Shown here: piece after piece, positions 63,762 to 64,000 of the stretch
How the letters are laid out: each line of letters starts with the position of its first letter
Numbering within the stretch: the stretch's first letter is position 1
Assembly (NCBI GenBank): GCA_000004985.1
Contig: GG738879.1
Reading direction: 5' to 3' (one strand)
Origin: Naegleria gruberi
Taxonomy: Eukaryota
DNA length: 64,000 nt
Position numbers and translations under genes: made by a program
Notes under the pieces: generated by a model
Databases searched by the model: none
Told to the model about the DNA's origin: nothing
What the model saw: the letters and a program-made list of their open reading frames with translations, nothing else

Positions 63762-64000
63762 TTAAATCATATTTACAGTAAAAACAAAGAAAATTACCAA
63801 AATTACAAGTAAAGGAATGGAAAGAGAACTAGTTCCATTATTGTGTGGAGTTGTGCTGTGGATAGAGTTTGGATTTGGATTTGGAGGATTTGATTTTAAA
63901 GTACCAACAATGGTAATGTATTTGGGATAAAAGTCGTTTTCTCCAATTTCAGGAGTGCAAGCAAGTTTTTGCCAACCAGGGAAGACGGCTGAGCCATATT
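63762..64000 (-). CDS. C-terminal fragment of a probable GPI-anchored or surface protein; partial, the 5' end is beyond the window.
   Basis: The minus-strand frame is open from the window edge to a stop at 63762..63764. It ends ...NPPNPNPNSIHSTTPHNNGTSSLSIPLLVILVIFFVFTVNMI, a Ser/Thr-rich stretch followed by a terminal hydrophobic tail typical of a GPI-attachment signal. Confidence 0.35.
   Translation of the reverse strand, partial: YGSAVFPGWQKLACTPEIGENDFYPKYITIVGTLKSNPPNPNPNSIHSTTPHNNGTSSLSIPLLVILVIFFVFTVNMI

Overview
This 64-kb window looks like nuclear DNA from an AT-rich, gene-dense unicellular eukaryote. Intergenic sequence is roughly 20% GC and coding sequence roughly 35% GC. There is nothing prokaryotic here: no operons, no CRISPR arrays.

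I count about 36 protein-coding genes on both strands (about one per 1.8 kb), three tRNA genes and one transposon-like insertion. Start codons sit in A-rich contexts. Intergenic spacers are short, with several bidirectional promoters of 100-400 bp. Convergent gene pairs overlap by as little as 4 bp.

The supplied ORF track uses non-ATG starts (TTG and similar) and ignores splicing, so several genes appear split. I reconstructed 10 short spliceosomal introns by frame-consistent splicing. They are 42-92 nt long plus one of 236 nt. Donors are GTAAGT (7), GTATGT (2) and GTAGGT (1). Acceptors are TAG, AAG or CAG.

Products recognisable from motifs:
- alpha-tubulin, intronless, with yeast-style codon bias (TTG, AGA, GGT, CCA)
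- copine (two C2 domains plus a vWA domain)
- a Slo/BK-type voltage- and Ca-gated K+ channel in three exons (S4 arginines, TMATIGYGD pore, two RCK domains, conserved LYRPKR...FLCG tail)
- a WASP homolog with WH1, CRIB, WH2 and acidic-Trp modules
- THADA/Trm732 (RRSAGLP motif)
- PP2A phosphatase activator PTPA (GVWGLDDHQFL)
- YJU2/CWC16 splicing factor (MSERKVLNKYY...CxxC)
- an AN1 zinc-finger protein of the ZFAND1/Cuz1 type with two AN1 fingers and a ubiquitin-like tail, in three exons
- EMC7-like ER membrane complex subunit
- an RGS-domain protein, an FHA-domain coiled-coil protein, two ankyrin-repeat proteins and an EF-hand protein
- a secreted Pro/Gln- and Gly-rich repeat protein
- a large TPR/ANK/MYND zinc-finger protein and several multi-pass membrane proteins

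The most interesting observations:
1. A 399-bp TA-flanked element with 26-bp terminal inverted repeats sits inside the N-terminal coding region of the WASP homolog. Precise excision restores an intact ORF.
2. Degenerate copies of the 5' end and the 3' end of the FHA gene lie about 1 kb upstream and about 3 kb downstream of the intact gene.
3. Three or four apparent frameshifts occur in otherwise intact genes, mostly low-complexity ones.
4. Two tRNA-Arg(UCG) genes flank the YJU2 gene in inverted orientation. Their bodies are identical but their acceptor stems are completely different.
5. The lineage signal is mixed. Codon usage and gene density look like budding yeast. Intron pattern and gene content (CRIB-WASP, copine, BK channel) point to an amoeboid protist or an early-diverging fungus.

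I cannot assign an organism from sequence alone.
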